From the IMG/VR virus record IMGVR_UViG_3300034095_001584: a stretch of DNA of 43,340 nucleotides, one strand, 5' to 3'. The DNA comes from a virus. Lineage: Duplodnaviria; Heunggongvirae; Uroviricota; Caudoviricetes. The position numbers and the translations under genes are program-made. The notes beneath the pieces are model-generated. The model made no database searches. It saw only the letters and a program-made list of their open reading frames with translations, and was not told the DNA's origin. This document shows positions 16,572 through 26,587 of this stretch, piece after piece; position 1 is the stretch's first letter; the number at the start of each line of letters is the position of its first letter.

Positions 16572-19343
16572 ATGGCAGATTCAAATGATTTAAAAAATTT
16601 TGGAAAAGAACTAGGAGTTGCTAATGATAAACTGGAAAGTTTTGCATCATCAATTAAAAAACTCATACGTGAGGAAGTTGATGGATTTAAAAAAGTAAAT
16701 AACCAATTATCAATCGGCAAAGATCTAGTAGAAGAATTAGCAAAATCATATGATGATATAAAAGATGTGATTGAAAGTATTGATTTATCAAGAACTATAT
16801 CACAAGAAAAAGATCTTTTAGGCGAAATAATGAAAAAGAAAAAAGCAGAAAACGCCATTTTAGATAGTTTAAATGAATATAAATCAATTAGTGATCAAAT
16901 ACAAAATTCTATCAATAAACAAACTGATATGGTGCCTGATTTGGAATATTATGATTTATTGAAAAAGAAACAAATTATTGAATCTACACTAAAAAATCTT
17001 ATTGCATCATATGATGCATTACTTAAACAAAATAGAGCACTTGAAAATCAAAAGAGATTAATTCAAGACATAAAAATAACTATAGAAAATACATTTGGAT
17101 TTAATCAATTTAAAGGATTATTTGGTATTCTTGCAAAATTGCCAAACTTAGAAAATGCATTTAAAAACCTGAGTATAAGTACAATGATACTTTTAGGAGT
17201 TATGACAATGTATTTAAAGGCTATATTTACTACGCTTTATAAAGCATTCGATGATATTAACGGGGCATTTGTTAAGAGTGCAAAATCATTTGGTTTATTG
17301 AAAGATGAAGCAGGAATATTAAAAAGTTATATATATGATACCACAATTGAATTGTCTAAATATGGTGTGACGGCAGAAGAAGTTGCTGCCACTGCAACTC
17401 ACATGGTAGATTCATTTGGTAGTTTAACATTATTTAATGCAAAAGCTGCTAAGGATTTAACACTAATATCAAAACAATTGGGTGTTGGTAATAAAGAATT
17501 AGTTGATGGTGTGATGACATTGATGTCATTTGGTAAGATTGACATGGTTAAAGCAACTAAAGTAGTATACTTTGCTTCTGCTTTATCAAAAGCAGCTGGT
17601 GTACCTCTTGCAAAAGTAATGGATGATGTTGCAAAAGCAGGTGATAAAGCTAGAGGAATGATTAAAGGTGGTGCGGAACAATTAGTAAAATCTGCAGTAT
17701 ATGCAAGAAGATTGGGCACTGATTTGGAAAAAGTAGCTGAAATTGGAAGAAAGATGTTGGATTTCCAAGAAAGTATAACAGATGAAATTGAAGCAAGTGT
17801 AGTATTAGGATCTAATATCAGTTTTCAAAAAGCTAGAGAACTATTTTATACTGGCAAAATTCAAGAAGGATATGATGAAATTTTTAAAGTTGTAAAGAAT
17901 ATAGGTGACTTCAATAAATTGGACATATTCCAAAAAGAACTTATTGCAAAGGCAACCGGATTGTCTTTGACTGATTTACAAAAACAACTTCAAATTAGAG
18001 AAGATTTGGCCGCAGTAGAAATGAATGGTACAGAAGAAGGGAAAAAATTGGTTCAACAGTACAAACAACTAAAAGAACAAAGTGGAGGTATATTAGAAAA
18101 CACCGCAGCAGCACAAGAACAAAGAGTAAAAGATTTAGTTAATTTAAAAGAAACAGAAGAAATTACCGCAAGAATCAAAGGATTATTTTTAAGTATTTCT
18201 AGTTGGATTTTGCCAGGAATTGAAAAGACTTTATCCGCAATTAATTGGATTTTAAATGAACTTGATTCTACTGGCGGAAAAATTGTTATTGGGTTTGTTA
18301 CTCTTGGATTGACGATATATTCTATCATAAAATCCGTCCAAATATTTAAAGCTTTATTCACGGATTTGAGACTCATAATGAATCTAATAAAGAACGCATC
18401 AGTTGCTGCAACAGCTCAAACAGTTCTTGCAACGGAAGCGCAAGTTGCACAGGCAGCAGCTGTACAAGCTACTGCTGCTGCTGAATTAGAACTTGCAACT
18501 GCCAGAAGAGCATCCGGATTGAGTGGATTGGCAGGATTAACCGGAGGACTTGCAGCTGCTGAAATTTATGCTTTAGGAGGTGCAATCCTAGCAATTGCTG
18601 GTGCATTTGTTTTATTATCATATGGATTGAAACAGTTCAATGACATTAAAATTGAAGATGTAGGATTAGGACTGTTAGCGTTGGCAGGATTAATTGGATT
18701 AACATCTTTAGCAATTGCTTCTATGTCAGAAGTAATAGTGCCTGCTGCAGGAGTAATTGGATTATTTGCTGGCGCAATAATTCTTTTATCTGGTGCAGTA
18801 ATTGGAGTTGGATATGGAATGAAACTTTTTGGTGATGGATTAAAAAACGTTGGAGAAGGTCTTAAGATTGCGGTTAATGCATTAAAAGATTTTGGTCAAA
18901 ACGTATCTATTATAGATTCAGTTAAATTAGCTGGTGTATTTGCTGCTATCAATAGTTCTATACGTGATTTTGATTTAAGCAGATTACAATCTATTGTTAG
19001 TGCAATGCAATCTCTTGCAACATCATTAAATTCTATTTCTACTTTTAAAGGAATACCTCAACTTACTTTGCCTACAAATGCAGTTAATACAACTAATGTA
19101 CCAACTGTACTAACTAATACACCTGTAATATCACCTGTACAAACAAATGTTCAAACAACTAATACACCAACAACAAATTCAACTACAATGATTGATGCAG
19201 TAAAACAAGGTATTAAAGAAGGTATGAATAATATATCACTCAACGTTTATTTGGATGGTCAAAAAATGGTAACTGGTCTTTCTAAAAATGTAGGGTTTAG
19301 ACAAGATACAGGTGGTATAGCAATGCAATCAAGTTTAACATAA
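16572..19343 (+). CDS. Tape measure protein
   Basis: 923 aa, helical and Ala/Leu/Gly-rich with several hydrophobic segments; C-terminal LNVYLDGQK; canonical position after the tube and chaperone genes. Confidence 0.85.
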   Translation: MADSNDLKNFGKELGVANDKLESFASSIKKLIREEVDGFKKVNNQLSIGKDLVEELAKSYDDIKDVIESIDLSRTISQEKDLLGEIMKKKKAENAILDSLNEYKSISDQIQNSINKQTDMVPDLEYYDLLKKKQIIESTLKNLIASYDALLKQNRALENQKRLIQDIKITIENTFGFNQFKGLFGILAKLPNLENAFKNLSISTMILLGVMTMYLKAIFTTLYKAFDDINGAFVKSAKSFGLLKDEAGILKSYIYDTTIELSKYGVTAEEVAATATHMVDSFGSLTLFNAKAAKDLTLISKQLGVGNKELVDGVMTLMSFGKIDMVKATKVVYFASALSKAAGVPLAKVMDDVAKAGDKARGMIKGGAEQLVKSAVYARRLGTDLEKVAEIGRKMLDFQESITDEIEASVVLGSNISFQKARELFYTGKIQEGYDEIFKVVKNIGDFNKLDIFQKELIAKATGLSLTDLQKQLQIREDLAAVEMNGTEEGKKLVQQYKQLKEQSGGILENTAAAQEQRVKDLVNLKETEEITARIKGLFLSISSWILPGIEKTLSAINWILNELDSTGGKIVIGFVTLGLTIYSIIKSVQIFKALFTDLRLIMNLIKNASVAATAQTVLATEAQVAQAAAVQATAAAELELATARRASGLSGLAGLTGGLAAAEIYALGGAILAIAGAFVLLSYGLKQFNDIKIEDVGLGLLALAGLIGLTSLAIASMSEVIVPAAGVIGLFAGAIILLSGAVIGVGYGMKLFGDGLKNVGEGLKIAVNALKDFGQNVSIIDSVKLAGVFAAINSSIRDFDLSRLQSIVSAMQSLATSLNSISTFKGIPQLTLPTNAVNTTNVPTVLTNTPVISPVQTNVQTTNTPTTNSTTMIDAVKQGIKEGMNNISLNVYLDGQKMVTGLSKNVGFRQDTGGIAMQSSLT

Positions 19344-19347
19344 TTAT

Positions 19348-21894
19348 ATGGCAAATTCCACCAACTTAAATAATCCAGAAACAACAACAAATGCACAAAT
19401 ACAAGGTGCAGGTTTGGTTTTGCCTCTTACTGTAAATGAAAGAGATCCAAATAAATTAAGTACATTGTTTACACCAAACAGTAGTATTTTATATAGTAAG
19501 TACAGCCCTTATCCAGAAGGAGAATCTGGTGGATTTTTTGGTGCAAATCAACCTTATATTGTAACAAATATCAATGATGCAAATAAAGGTATTAATTCTA
19601 CTCTTAAGTATGCACCATTTCAACCTTCTGCTGCAATTGACGTTGTTAGAGTAACAAAATATTCTGCATCAAATCCTGGTATTAAATTTTTATTAAAACA
19701 AGTATATCTACAAGGATATCAACCTTTTAATGAAACAAAGATATACAATCCTTTGATGCCAATTCAAGCAGCTACAAGAGTTGCAACATTTGGTATTTTA
19801 GATAGACCGTTAAGACACATTGAACCAAATTTGGGTGGTGTACTTGGTGCTTTAGGTGTAAAAGGTGTTGCAAGTGCGTTTGGATTCAATCCACCAAATC
19901 CTCCTCCAAGAGGTACTGCTCCGGGTAAAGGTGGTGGTCTTGGTGGAGTGTTTCAAGGACCATTAGACAAACCACTTTCAATAATAAATCCTGGTGACGG
20001 TAAGGGATTAACAAGAGGTGCAACTGCTACATCTGCATATAGTGGTCAAAACTATTCATATTTGAGTAGTCCACGTAGACCTGGATTTCTTCAAAGTATT
20101 GGAAACTATTTTAAAAGTAGTACTTTGTTTGGCGCATTTTTTACTATAGGTCAACCTACAGGAACAACATATAAAGGTGATGATCAAACATATAGTTTGA
20201 TGATTAATAATAAAAGAATTGTTTCATTTAATAAGAGCGGAGATAATACCTATGGTACTTTGGGTGTAGTTCAAAGATTTTCACCTGATGATAGAGATTT
20301 GGAAGGAACTCCTACTTATGATAAATATTCAAGATATGTGGGTCAATATAATAGTTCTATTTTAAAATATAGCGCACAAAGTCTTTATATTGATGCAAAT
20401 TCATATAAACTTAGTGATGGAGTTGTTTTTTTTGGTGCAAGTAATAAAACATATTTTTCAGGAATTGAATCTTCAATTCCGGGATATGAAGTATCAGATA
20501 TGTTATTTTTGTATAATGATTATTTAACAAATAACAATTATCCAACCAAGTTAAAATCAATTAGAAAAATTGATAGTATTGTACACGATCCTTATAAAAA
20601 CGGATATGTAATTGAAGACGGTGGATATATAAAAGATACTGGAATACTAGATACAAAAGGTAAACCGGTTGAAAAATCACCAATTATTACCAATCAATAT
20701 AAGGATTATATTGATCCAAACTTTACTGAGATATCATATCCAACCAAGTTAACTTCATTGGATAATAATCTATTTAGGGATAATATCTATACTAGAGAAC
20801 AATTAGATCAAATAAGTCACAATCCTTCCGGTCAAGGATATGATGAAAGATATGTGATTGATCCAAATGGTCAAACAATAGGATATGAAAATGAAATAGT
20901 TGATACAACAGAAGATCCTATTAGAAGCAATATTAAAGAAACGTTTGAATCAAAATATGTAATTGATGAAGAAAAGCAATATCCTACCACTTTTATAGAC
21001 GGAAAGACATTGTTTGGTAAACACCAAATAGATTTTGCAAATACTCAAAATCAAGCACTTAAGGGTATATTATCAAATTATACGTTTGTTCCTCCAACTG
21101 ATTTAAAGAATGTAAGACGTGTAATTGATAGTGATGTAGATGTTAAGAAAAATACTTTAAGTTATCTTGCAAAATACAGAAATTATAGAAAAGTAGATTT
21201 ATTAGATGAACCTGATGGTAAAGGATTTGCTGGTGTTAATAAGAGCGATTTAATTAATGTATTAAATGTACAAACAGATACTAATAGTTTCATCAACAAA
21301 GATTTGATTAAGTTTTATTTTTATGATGTCTACAATCAAAAATATATACCATTTAGAGCAACAGTAAAGAATATCTCAGAAAGATCAGTATCAACTTGGG
21401 ATGATTTTCAATATGTAGGAAATGCTGACAAAGTTTATAACTATAAAGGATTTACCAGAGCACTTTCATTTGGTTTCACTGTAGTTGCTATGAGCGTACA
21501 AGAAATGTTACCAATGTGGCAAAGAATCAATTATTTGATGGGTTTATCAAAACCAACAAATTATAAGAATGGATTTATTGTTCCTCCGTTAGTTATGGTT
21601 ACAATTGGTGATATCTATAAAGATCAACCGGTTGTAATTAACAGTATTGGTATGACAATTCCTGATAACGCAACTTGGGAAACTATTTCTGATAGTACTG
21701 ATATATTTGAGTATTTGAATGGAAGATTAAAAACAAACGGTGATGTAACTCTGGCACAATTTCCAAGAGAAGTTGACATAAATATAGATGCAAACATTCT
21801 TGAAAAAGAAATGCCAAAAGTTGGAGTGAATAATTTTGGAGATGCATTTAATTTTGGTAAATTTAGTTATGGATTATATGTGAATAATCCATAA
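19348..21894 (+). CDS. Baseplate/tube-initiator structural protein
   Basis: Directly after the tape measure gene; the C-terminal domain (IPFRATV..W..YVGNADKVYNYKGFTRALSFGF..PPLVMVTIGD..WE) resembles tube-cap/initiator folds. Confidence 0.6.
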   Translation: MANSTNLNNPETTTNAQIQGAGLVLPLTVNERDPNKLSTLFTPNSSILYSKYSPYPEGESGGFFGANQPYIVTNINDANKGINSTLKYAPFQPSAAIDVVRVTKYSASNPGIKFLLKQVYLQGYQPFNETKIYNPLMPIQAATRVATFGILDRPLRHIEPNLGGVLGALGVKGVASAFGFNPPNPPPRGTAPGKGGGLGGVFQGPLDKPLSIINPGDGKGLTRGATATSAYSGQNYSYLSSPRRPGFLQSIGNYFKSSTLFGAFFTIGQPTGTTYKGDDQTYSLMINNKRIVSFNKSGDNTYGTLGVVQRFSPDDRDLEGTPTYDKYSRYVGQYNSSILKYSAQSLYIDANSYKLSDGVVFFGASNKTYFSGIESSIPGYEVSDMLFLYNDYLTNNNYPTKLKSIRKIDSIVHDPYKNGYVIEDGGYIKDTGILDTKGKPVEKSPIITNQYKDYIDPNFTEISYPTKLTSLDNNLFRDNIYTREQLDQISHNPSGQGYDERYVIDPNGQTIGYENEIVDTTEDPIRSNIKETFESKYVIDEEKQYPTTFIDGKTLFGKHQIDFANTQNQALKGILSNYTFVPPTDLKNVRRVIDSDVDVKKNTLSYLAKYRNYRKVDLLDEPDGKGFAGVNKSDLINVLNVQTDTNSFINKDLIKFYFYDVYNQKYIPFRATVKNISERSVSTWDDFQYVGNADKVYNYKGFTRALSFGFTVVAMSVQEMLPMWQRINYLMGLSKPTNYKNGFIVPPLVMVTIGDIYKDQPVVINSIGMTIPDNATWETISDSTDIFEYLNGRLKTNGDVTLAQFPREVDINIDANILEKEMPKVGVNNFGDAFNFGKFSYGLYVNNP

Positions 21895-21920
21895 AAATAA
21901 ACAAGGCAAAATTTTATAAT

Positions 21921-22217
21921 ATGAATAGATATGACTATACAACAATAGATAAGAGATGGGATGGAAAAAGGGTATATAAAACTTTATTGTATCCATCTAT
22001 ACCAGAATCTCCTAGTGATATTTATATTACTGTATCTGATAATGATTATATTGACCAAATAGCTTATAGATATTATAAGGATGTGAGTTTATGGTGGATA
22101 ATTGCAGTTGCAAACAATTTAGGTAAAGGTAAACTTAGTTTGGATATAAACAAACAGTTAAGAATACCAACAGATATACAAACAATTTTACAAAATTTTA
22201 CATTAATAAATTCTTAA
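21921..22217 (+). CDS. LysM-like baseplate wedge protein (gp53/tail X-like)
   Basis: DYIDQIAYRYYKDVSLWWIIAVANNL..QLRIP signature. Confidence 0.85.
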   Translation: MNRYDYTTIDKRWDGKRVYKTLLYPSIPESPSDIYITVSDNDYIDQIAYRYYKDVSLWWIIAVANNLGKGKLSLDINKQLRIPTDIQTILQNFTLINS

Positions 22218-22218
22218 T

Positions 22219-24768
22219 ATGTCAAAAGAAAGACCATGGGAAGCAGGTCCATTTGAACAATGGGTTATAGATGAACTTGATTATAGAAAAAGTTCCTTGT
22301 CAACAGGAATACAAGGTCAATTTAAAGGTGACTTGCCGCAATATGCTGGTCCTAGAAAAGCTTGGGCAAGAGTATTTTCTAATGGTATGGTTGAATATCA
22401 AAATGGTAATCCAAATTTGATAAGTGACAACGATAATGAATGGGGCTTAGCATTTTTAAGTGGTGATGGTTTTTTTAATAGATATGGAATCGATTCAAAA
22501 TCTCCATATGGTGTATCCAAACAAGTGTATGGATATAATTGTAAGTTACAACCAAAATATATAGATGCCTCTACCAGACCAAATGTACCTGATCCTGGCA
22601 TTATTAGTATTGAAACCGATATACAAAAGTCGTGGTTTGCAAAAGCAAAAATAAACTGGACATGTCATTCAATTGAACAATTAAAAGCAATCACTCCATA
22701 TTTTTTAACACCACTTCAAACTGTAATTATTGAATTTGGATGGAATACATTTGATCAAAGATCATTGATTAATTTATCAGATTTTAATCAAATTTTAGAT
22801 ATATGGGACAATCACTATAGAAGATATTCCCTATTTATGCCACCATCAAAGGGAAATTATGAATTTATAATTGGTCAAGTAGTAAATTTTGAATATACTA
22901 TTAATGATAATATTATCAATGGTATGACTGAAGTTGCAAGTAGACAACTTCTTTATTCTGGTTTTAAGAAAGATTCTAAAATATCAAAAGTGAATAACAA
23001 AGAATCAACGTTTAAAAAACAATATGAAACTTTAGTAAATAAAGTTATAAATAGTATTAGTGCAAATGTTACACAAGGAAACAATACTAACACAAATGAA
23101 ATAAAAACTCTTCTGACAGGTCTTGAAAAGAAATATGGAAATAATTTTGAAAAAATACAAGATCACATTTTTAGTGGTAGAAACAAACAAATAATTTCTT
23201 ATTGTGCTGAAAGAGACTTTGATTGTGACAATGAAAAAGGTCCAAAATTCACATGGTTAACGATGGATTTAATTGTTGATATTCTAAATGGAATGAAAAA
23301 TAGTGATGGAATAAAAGATTATGCACAGTATTTTTTTGATTTGAATATTGATGATATTACTATTGGTGCTCATAATAATTTAATATCAACAAAACAAACA
23401 ATACTTATACCAAATCCATATGCACCAAAATTAAATTCACCTTACAATAATTTTATGAATGATGTTGCTAATGTGATAAATATTGAATTTGGAACAAACC
23501 GTGAAATTACAGAATCAGATGTATATACAGACAAAACTAAACATAAATTTTTTAATCCTGAGTATGGTGACGCAAATTCATTTTTAACGGAGTTTAAGCC
23601 TAGTAATTTTTCCGATTCGATTTTTAGAAAGATAACAGGTTTATCTCAGAAAATTCACAGACAAGATTTAGACTACGTTCTAAATAAATGGGGAAGAGAT
23701 ACTTCAACTTATAGCAGAAAAATAACAGCAATTCCAGCATATGATCAAACATTTGGTGGAACAAGAACTAAAGATAATTTAAAAAGAGGATATTTAAAAA
23801 ATATTTATGTAAACGTTGAATTTTTAAAAAATATATTATTGTCATCACAAACTAATAATTTAAAAGATGTATATGATGAATTATGTAAAGAAATAAATAA
23901 AGCTAGTTGTGATTTTTGGGAATTGACTGTAGTTGATGCTCCTGTTCAAAACGGTAGAGCTACATTAAAAATTGTTGATGTAAAAGGTCCGCCTAAAAAA
24001 GTTAATATAAATGATATTTATAAATTTGAATATATGACAAATAATTCAATAATTAAAAAATTGAATTTCACTACAACTTTGTCAAATGCTCAAGCAAATC
24101 AAATTATATTTAAAGCTGGACAATATGAGAGTACTACTTCAAATCAATTAATAGATTATAGTAATGCACAAAATATATCAAATAGTAATGTAAAACCAAA
24201 AACCGTTTATAATGATAGAATTTTAAAATCAAAAGCAGGAGGAAATAATACAAATAATATAAATAAGGTTCAAAATTTAAATTTCAAAAAAGAAGATATA
24301 GAGTATTACTATAAATTATTAGGTAAAGATGGACCAAAATATAAAGATGGATTTTTGCAAGTCACCTTATACAAACCAGATGAAGAAGCATCTGTAAATA
24401 TTATTAGTACTAATGAATTTGATTATGTACAAAAGGTGAATTATGATGAAAACAATTATGATATAGTAGATATTGTATTTCCTGAAACATTTAGTGATTT
24501 AGTTTTGTATATGTTAAATGATGGTGATTTGAAGGAAAATACAAACATTTATAATGCTCCTTTAAGAAATGTTGAAATAGAATTGAGTTTAATGGGTATT
24601 TCTGGAATCAAAACATTCGAATTTTTTAGAGTTACAAATTTACCTCCTCCATTTAACGATGATGTAGTTGTATTTCAAGTCATAAATGTCACGCATGTAG
24701 TCAATGAAAACACATGGGAAACAAGAATAAAAGCGCAATTAAGACCTGCCTATAATTTACAAGCGTAA
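22219..24768 (+). CDS. Putative baseplate hub protein (gp27/GpD-like)
   Basis: Follows the LysM gene; PDPGIISI..AKINW..YFLTP..IEFGW at the N-terminus and LSLMGISGI..FQVINVTHVV..WETRIKA at the C-terminus. Confidence 0.6.
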   Translation: MSKERPWEAGPFEQWVIDELDYRKSSLSTGIQGQFKGDLPQYAGPRKAWARVFSNGMVEYQNGNPNLISDNDNEWGLAFLSGDGFFNRYGIDSKSPYGVSKQVYGYNCKLQPKYIDASTRPNVPDPGIISIETDIQKSWFAKAKINWTCHSIEQLKAITPYFLTPLQTVIIEFGWNTFDQRSLINLSDFNQILDIWDNHYRRYSLFMPPSKGNYEFIIGQVVNFEYTINDNIINGMTEVASRQLLYSGFKKDSKISKVNNKESTFKKQYETLVNKVINSISANVTQGNNTNTNEIKTLLTGLEKKYGNNFEKIQDHIFSGRNKQIISYCAERDFDCDNEKGPKFTWLTMDLIVDILNGMKNSDGIKDYAQYFFDLNIDDITIGAHNNLISTKQTILIPNPYAPKLNSPYNNFMNDVANVINIEFGTNREITESDVYTDKTKHKFFNPEYGDANSFLTEFKPSNFSDSIFRKITGLSQKIHRQDLDYVLNKWGRDTSTYSRKITAIPAYDQTFGGTRTKDNLKRGYLKNIYVNVEFLKNILLSSQTNNLKDVYDELCKEINKASCDFWELTVVDAPVQNGRATLKIVDVKGPPKKVNINDIYKFEYMTNNSIIKKLNFTTTLSNAQANQIIFKAGQYESTTSNQLIDYSNAQNISNSNVKPKTVYNDRILKSKAGGNNTNNINKVQNLNFKKEDIEYYYKLLGKDGPKYKDGFLQVTLYKPDEEASVNIISTNEFDYVQKVNYDENNYDIVDIVFPETFSDLVLYMLNDGDLKENTNIYNAPLRNVEIELSLMGISGIKTFEFFRVTNLPPPFNDDVVVFQVINVTHVVNENTWETRIKAQLRPAYNLQA

Positions 24769-25142
24769 TGAAAAATTATCCTGATAATACTAAAAATATA
24801 TATTTTGATGTAATACAAGGAAGTTATCCTGTATATACAAAAACATCTCCTACTGCCGATGATTATAACAGAGGATATATAAACAGATATTTTGCAAAAA
24901 AAGTTAATGACGGAACAATATATGAAGTGTCAGGTGATTCTTTTAATACCATTATAAACGGACTATATTATAAACTCAGTTTGACATGGAGAATAACAGG
25001 ATCAAAGACTGATGTTTATCAAAACAAAGTTAAAATATACAGTGGTGTTAAAGAAGATAATCTGACTGCAATTAAAAATGCAGAAAAATCAATGTCTGGA
25101 TTATCAGGAGTTTTAAAAGATCCACTTGAATTTTATAAATAA
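24768..25142 (+). CDS. Hypothetical protein, last gene of the tail operon
   Basis: TAATG overlap with the upstream gene; PTADDYNRGYINRYFAKKVN. Confidence 0.7.
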   Translation: MKNYPDNTKNIYFDVIQGSYPVYTKTSPTADDYNRGYINRYFAKKVNDGTIYEVSGDSFNTIINGLYYKLSLTWRITGSKTDVYQNKVKIYSGVKEDNLTAIKNAEKSMSGLSGVLKDPLEFYK

Positions 25143-25153
25143 TAAGTATAAAA

Positions 25154-25181
25154 TTGACACCATATACATTGTGGATATACT
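25154..25181 (+). promoter_or_regulatory. Sigma70-type promoter for the PolA gene, probably leaderless
   Basis: TTGACA (25154-25159), N16, TATACT (25176-25181); the ATG starts at 25188. Confidence 0.7.
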
Positions 25182-25187
25182 TGCGGT

Positions 25188-26546
25188 ATGGTCATCAAAG
25201 ACACTGAGAGTTACAAAAACTTTTTACAAGATAATTGGAACAGTGATTTAATCATGGATTGCATTCAAAATGATGAATGCTTTCATCCATGTGCAGATGA
25301 ACCGTGTTTATTGATGATCTATGCAATCAAAAGTAAACACACTTATATAATTTCTGTAGATCATCCAGACTCAAGATTTTGTGTGGATAAAACCACATTG
25401 ATTGAAGACTTCAATAAACTCAAAGGAAAAAAGTGGATTTATGATAAAAAGAAGTTCATGCATCTGATGCCAGTACAGAACTTGTATGATATTAACATCT
25501 TGTTTTTTATTACAGACGGTAAGATAGATGATTATACTGGCTTTGATACAACTGCTCATTCATTTTATAAACACAAGTTTATGTGTTATAGTGATTTGAA
25601 TAAATGTATTCCTATTGTGAAACATTTAGAGAAGTTTGAGAAGATGTATAGTGAAATGCTTAAAAGAGTCCAAATGTTGAAGTTGGATGATAGTTTTTAT
25701 AGTATTAACGGAACTATTACTGAAAATCTTAGAATTCTTGAACACAATGGATTAAAAGTTGACGTAGAATTGTTTAATAGGCATTTTGAGAACAAAACGG
25801 TCAAAGATAAGGATGGTTATGTTTATACACAATATAACCTATATACCGCAACAGGAAGACCTAGTAATAGGTTTGGTAACGTAAACTATAGTGCTCTAAA
25901 CAAAGAAAACGGGTGTAGATCATCATTTATCAGTAGATATGGTGATGATGGTATGTTGTTCATGATTGATTATAGTGCCTACCACCCCCACATAGTTGCA
26001 AAGTTGATCAATTATAACCTTCCTCCAAATGCTTATGAGTATCTTGGAAGATTGTATTATGGTAAGGACAGTCTAACAGAAGATGAAATCAAAGCTTCAA
26101 AGAATCTTACATTTCAATGTATGTATGGTAATATTCCATCTGAATTGTTGGAGGTACCTTATTACAAGAAAATGAGTGATTATATTGCTCATAGATGGAA
26201 GTTCTTCAATGAAAATGGTTATGTAGAAACACCAATCTATAAAAGAAGGATTACTACAAACCATATAAATGAACCAAATCCAAATAAATTGTTCAATTAT
26301 ATCTTACAAGCCAGTGAAACAGAGTTTGGAATGCAGTCATTGGTGAGGGTCAATGAATATCTTGAGTGTAACAAAAAACAAACCAAGGCTATACTGTATA
26401 CTTATGACAGTGTGTTGTTTGATTGTCATAAAGGTGACAAAAAAGAAACTTTGGTGGAATTGAAAAGATTGATGTCAAACAATCAATTTCCTGTAAAATG
26501 TTATATTGGACGCAATTATAATGAGATGACAGTGGTAGATATCTAA
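25188..26546 (+). CDS. Family A DNA polymerase, short and divergent
   Basis: TATGRPS, motif A IDYSAYHP, motif B SKNLTFQCMYG, NYILQASE, motif C LYTYDSVLFD, FPVK; only 452 aa. Confidence 0.85.
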   Translation: MVIKDTESYKNFLQDNWNSDLIMDCIQNDECFHPCADEPCLLMIYAIKSKHTYIISVDHPDSRFCVDKTTLIEDFNKLKGKKWIYDKKKFMHLMPVQNLYDINILFFITDGKIDDYTGFDTTAHSFYKHKFMCYSDLNKCIPIVKHLEKFEKMYSEMLKRVQMLKLDDSFYSINGTITENLRILEHNGLKVDVELFNRHFENKTVKDKDGYVYTQYNLYTATGRPSNRFGNVNYSALNKENGCRSSFISRYGDDGMLFMIDYSAYHPHIVAKLINYNLPPNAYEYLGRLYYGKDSLTEDEIKASKNLTFQCMYGNIPSELLEVPYYKKMSDYIAHRWKFFNENGYVETPIYKRRITTNHINEPNPNKLFNYILQASETEFGMQSLVRVNEYLECNKKQTKAILYTYDSVLFDCHKGDKKETLVELKRLMSNNQFPVKCYIGRNYNEMTVVDI

Positions 26547-26574
26547 AAAGATTGGAGTTCTTTTGTTTTTCTAA

Positions 26575-26582
26575 ATATTTAT
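26575..26582 (+). promoter_or_regulatory. Candidate phage late promoter ATATTTAT
   Basis: 5 nt before the ATG at 26588, which supports that start over the TTG at 26552. Confidence 0.55.
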
Positions 26583-26587
26583 CCTAT

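Noticed and set aside
13898-25142. Extracellular contractile injection system or tailocin in a bacterial chromosome
   Set aside because: It is flanked by phage-type replication, RNR and homing-endonuclease genes with no bacterial housekeeping context.
26552-26587. Upstream TTG start in the ORF track (likewise 31564 and 4272)
   Set aside because: The downstream ATGs (26588, 31618, 4266) fit the promoter motif or stop/start coupling better.
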